NCBI RefSeq assembly: GCF_000143415.4
Contig: NW_003314281.1
Coordinates: 670,833-734,832, forward strand
Direction of reading: 5' to 3'
Source: Selaginella moellendorffii
Lineage: Eukaryota > Plantae > Lycopodiophyta
Length of the DNA: 64,000 nucleotides
Below, piece by piece: positions 62,567-64,000 of the stretch. Numbering within the stretch: the stretch's first letter is position 1; each line of letters opens with the position of its first letter. The position numbers were made by a program, and so were the translations under genes. The notes beneath the pieces were generated by a model, which worked only from the letters and a program-made list of their open reading frames with translations, had not been told where the DNA came from and ran no database searches.

Positions 62567-63822
62567 CGAGCCATGGCTCCCAGGCGCTTGTTGTTGAGCA
62601 CGGTGTCATGGGTTTTAGACATCATGGGGACTGAGCGCTTGTAGTTGTCTTCGGCAGTTGCCGGTTGCGCCTGTGAAGCCTTATCTTTTCCTCTTGCCCC
62701 GTTTCTAGCAAGACTTCTTCTCTAAAAGCCCATCAACGGTGCAATGCCCTCTGAGCTCGTACTGTGTTCCTAGCAAAGGGTGTGGCCTTGAAACTGCTGC
62801 CAGACAGTCTTAGCAAGCGAGTGGCAATGATCCACTTCAACAAATTTCATGCAAAAGTTTCCCAGATCGAATTGTGGTATTGTCCTTGAGAATTTAGGCT
62901 TCAAATTTCAAATTTAAGAATTCAGAATTACATTACAAAAGTTTTTCTACAATGCACCCAGGTTGGACAGCTCTACTGTGTTGGAAATTCTTGCAGTCCC
63001 CTCCTCATAAACGCTCTGATTCGATAAAGCTTCAATCTGTCGTTGTTGTGGCTTTACAAGGGACAGGGACAGAGAGAGAGAGACAACACACCTACGCACG
63101 CACAGTTAGAGAGAGAGTTAGAGAGAGAGAGAGAGATATTTTTAGGTCACCGTGGCACCAGTCTGGGGCGATGTTAGCGAGGATTTGTTGGCGTCGCTCA
63201 AGCATTGAAGGAAGGCTGCTCCCTGTCGACTCTATGGAGAGGAATCCCGCAAGCAAGGACGTGGTAGATTCTGGAAGGTATAGTTGCAGTCGTGTGTAGC
63301 CTGGGCAGCGAAAGATGGCATGTTCCACGTCCTCGATCTCCCTTTCACAGACTGGGCATCCCCAATCTCCCCAGGGGGTGGGGGACCGTCACCATGCTCC
63401 GATCACGCTATGGAGATTGTGCACTCTAGTCGGTATCTCGATAGCGTTTGCAGAGCGCATTTCCCGAGTGGGTTGTAGACTGAAGGCCCGATTGTTCGAG
63501 TGATGTTTACGTTGGTGAGATAGTATTGGAATTTTGTCTTGCAATCTGCACCATGAAGCCAGCCTGTAAATGCTAGGCTGATCCAGCTATCAAGGACAGT
63601 GGTAACTAGTTGCAGCATCCAGGTCGACTTTAAGTTTCTTTGTCCATCGCCTAGAGTCTTACCACCAGCCTGTGTTATGACTGTCTGCAAGTATGCATAG
63701 CAGTCCATATGGGAATCGGTTACAGAGACTCCATCATCAAGAAGTGGCGGTTGATGGCCTCGATGTCCGCTCACCCTTTGTCTGGTTGTCCTGGTGCCCA
63801 TGACACCCATGTAAGCACGAAA

Positions 63823-64000
63823 TTGCCCAAACCCAATGGCGGTAGCTCTGCAGCCTCGAAAATCTCGCACAAAACCTCTGGATTGGACATGTGGAGGAAA
63901 GGATTGCAATTCGATGTGATCCAAAGAGCATTGGAATGTCATGGCAGCCCAAGGATTTGGCACAGCGGTAGTGAGAACTTGCGAGGGTGTTTTGTTGAGC
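63823..64000 (-). pseudogene. Decayed partial copy of the IPMS-like gene, running off the window end
   Basis: Collinear with ~61405-61645, including intron 1, with deletions that remove the FGAED region and the splice donor. Confidence 0.88.

Noticed and set aside
62200-63800. Several ORFs including the 186-aa 63403-63963
   Set aside because: Partly read-through of the IPMS pseudogene; the rest is unrecognisable and interrupted by stops.

Overview
Gene-dense plant nuclear DNA. The ~50-90 bp GT-AG introns, very short intergenic gaps and PPR genes built from tandem 31-aa repeats strongly suggest a lycophyte such as Selaginella; this is inferred, not confirmed by a search. From 1-11 kb the window is accessory DNA: AT-rich repeats, decayed UBA1, PPR and Argonaute fragments, two paralogous orphan ORFs and a frameshifted i-type-lysozyme-like gene. 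From 11-62 kb it holds about 20 intact genes: bHLH, PAP16-like, CHL lipocalin, AKR, three PLS-type PPRs, OB-fold, KANADI, SURP/CID, LON-domain, CCCH, PAP, GT77-like, PLAT, GH30, F-box, FPS, a granulin papain protease and an IPMS-like gene. It also contains Ty3/gypsy remnants around a 100-N gap and several local duplications. Three things stand out: (1) an intact IPMS-like gene that lacks the C-terminal Leu-feedback domain and carries MAM-type active-site residues, a candidate convergent chain-elongation enzyme; (2) an intron-containing i-type lysozyme/destabilase-like pseudogene; (3) an intron-containing microbial-type GH30 beta-1,6-galactanase-like gene with a transit-peptide-like N-terminus. 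All family calls come from motif recognition by eye; no database searches were run.
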